From Pseudomonadota bacterium (lineage in GTDB: Bacteria; Myxococcota_A; Polyangia; GCA-2747355): a stretch of 64,000 nt of DNA. Under the pieces are notes generated by a model that saw only the letters and a list, made by a program, of their open reading frames with translations, did not search any database and had not been told where the DNA came from. Every line of letters starts with the position of its first letter. Position 1 is the first letter of the stretch. This document shows, one piece after another, positions 62,857 to 64,000 of the stretch. The stretch spans positions 192,683-256,682 of the forward strand of contig JADJDT010000008.1 of NCBI GenBank assembly GCA_016702545.1, given 5' to 3'. A program made the position numbers and the translations under genes.

Positions 62857-64000
62857 TCAGAACGCGAGGTTCGCCGGCTGGCCGGCCTCGATCGCGACCC
62901 ATTGCACGGGCGAGGTGCTTTGGTCGTCGTAGACCAGGCGGACGCGATGAATGCCGGGTGAGAGGGTCAGGCGCACGGGCGTGGCACCGGCCGCTTCGTC
63001 GTCGACGAAGGCCTGCGCCGGGCGCTCGGCGGTGATGCGCAGCAGACCCTGACCCTCCGCGGCGGCGGGCCCTTCCGTCGAGGGCGCGGGGCCCGAGGGC
63101 GCGGCGGCGCCGGGAGCGGAACGTGGCGTGCGGCGGGCCGGCGGCCGCTCGCGCCCTGGGGTGGCCCTCAGTCGCTCGCGCCCTGGGGTGGCGCTCGGCG
63201 CGGTCAGGCGCTGCGTCAAGAGGGCTGGGTCGGGCGGGGGCGGTGGAATCGTCTCGTCGAGCCGCGCAGGCCCGGGCTCGGGCCGCGCTGCGGCGGTCGC
63301 GGGCGGCGGCAGCGCGAGCGCCGGGGCTGGCGTCGTGGTGGGCCAGGCGGGGGTGCTCGGGAAGCCGGGGGGCAGGGCCGCGGGCTGGTCCAGCGTGTCG
63401 CGTAGCAGCCAGCCCAGCGCCAGGCCCGCCACCACCAAAGTCGCGGCGCCGAGCAGCAGCAGCGCGCGCTGACCGCTGCGGGCTGGGCGGCGGCGCACGA
63501 GCTGGGTCTCCTCGTGCGCGCCGGCAGGCCGCGCCTCGCGCACGGGGCTGGCCTGGGGTCGCGACCACGACACCGAGCTGCTGCGGCGCTCGCGGCGTCG
63601 TCGGCCGCCGCGGTCTTCGCGCGCCTGCCGCAGCGCCTGCACAAGCCGCGCGCCCGGGGCCGCCGCGCCCGTGGGCAGCGGCTCGGGTGGGTGGCTCGCC
63701 GCGGCCGCAGCGCGGCGCCGAGGCGGCGGCCGGTCGATCACGCCATGGACGGCATCGATCTGACGCGAGTCGAGCGGCCCGGGCCCGGCCTCGAGGCGCG
63801 GACGCGAGCCGCTGGCCTCCAGCGCGCGCAGGTCCTCCTCGGTGTTCGCGCGCCGCGGGCCGGTCGGCCGCGCCGGCGCCGCCGCGCCGCCCCCTGGGGC
63901 CGCCTGGCGGCGCGCGCCGGGCCCTAGGCGCTCGCCGGCGCGGGCGAGGGCGGCGCCCGCGGTGCCGGACGCCGGCGGCGCCAGCGCGCCGCGCGCGGGC
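62857..64000 (-). CDS. PEGA-domain protein, 5'-partial (frame open to window end)
   Basis: The C-terminus LLRITAERPAQAFVDDEAAGATPVRLTLSPGIHRVRLVY is PEGA-like. It has a TM helix ALLLLGAATLVVAGLALGWLL. The frame stays open upstream of the listed GTG (63741) to nt 64000. Confidence 0.6.
   Translation of the reverse strand, partial: PARGALAPPASGTAGAALARAGERLGPGARRQAAPGGGAAAPARPTGPRRANTEEDLRALEASGSRPRLEAGPGPLDSRQIDAVHGVIDRPPPRRRAAAAASHPPEPLPTGAAAPGARLVQALRQAREDRGGRRRRERRSSSVSWSRPQASPVREARPAGAHEETQLVRRRPARSGQRALLLLGAATLVVAGLALGWLLRDTLDQPAALPPGFPSTPAWPTTTPAPALALPPPATAAARPEPGPARLDETIPPPPPDPALLTQRLTAPSATPGRERLRATPGRERPPARRTPRSAPGAAAPSGPAPSTEGPAAAEGQGLLRITAERPAQAFVDDEAAGATPVRLTLSPGIHRVRLVYDDQSTSPVQWVAIEAGQPANLAF

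Overview
A very GC-rich chromosomal segment (about 70% by eye, not computed) that looks like Myxococcota. The evidence for that is two MYXO-CTERM-type sorting tails, an MXAN_2561/2562-like gene pair, a three-gene bactofilin array, an AgmX/PglI-type C-terminal domain, an FHA-GAF sigma-54 activator, a Ser/Thr kinase followed by PilZ domains, and pilT. Housekeeping genes are interspersed: truA, pssA, asd, grpE, alaS and a Tex-like gene. Most long ORFs in the track are antisense or alternative-frame artefacts of high GC. I kept only frames with high third-position GC and recognisable motifs.

The most unusual part is a roughly 7.7 kb lower-GC accessory region at 14.06-21.95 kb. It holds:
- a 728-730 bp direct repeat, in which a decayed copy of the 5' end of a transglutaminase-like gene brackets a 1.8 kb insert
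- a vapBC-type toxin-antitoxin pair with an operator palindrome
- a complete group II intron inserted antisense into codon 4 of a secreted-protein gene
- a second, paralogous secreted protein of unknown family
- a non-coding tract with 11-bp-phased CGTCAC repeats

Other points:
- Several families of small palindromic MITE/REP-like elements have termini that supply the stop codons of neighbouring genes.
- A bactofilin operon is co-oriented and tightly packed with a lipoprotein gene and a sigma-54 activator.
- A PGM1-like ATP-grasp protein carries a signal peptide.
- A (TCAG)n microsatellite lies between two genes.
- At least six single-nucleotide frame disruptions hit otherwise conserved genes. 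They may be assembly indels rather than biology.

I recognised no rRNA, tRNA or CRISPR array. Coordinates I derived myself, rather than taking from the ORF track, may be off by 1-2 nt.
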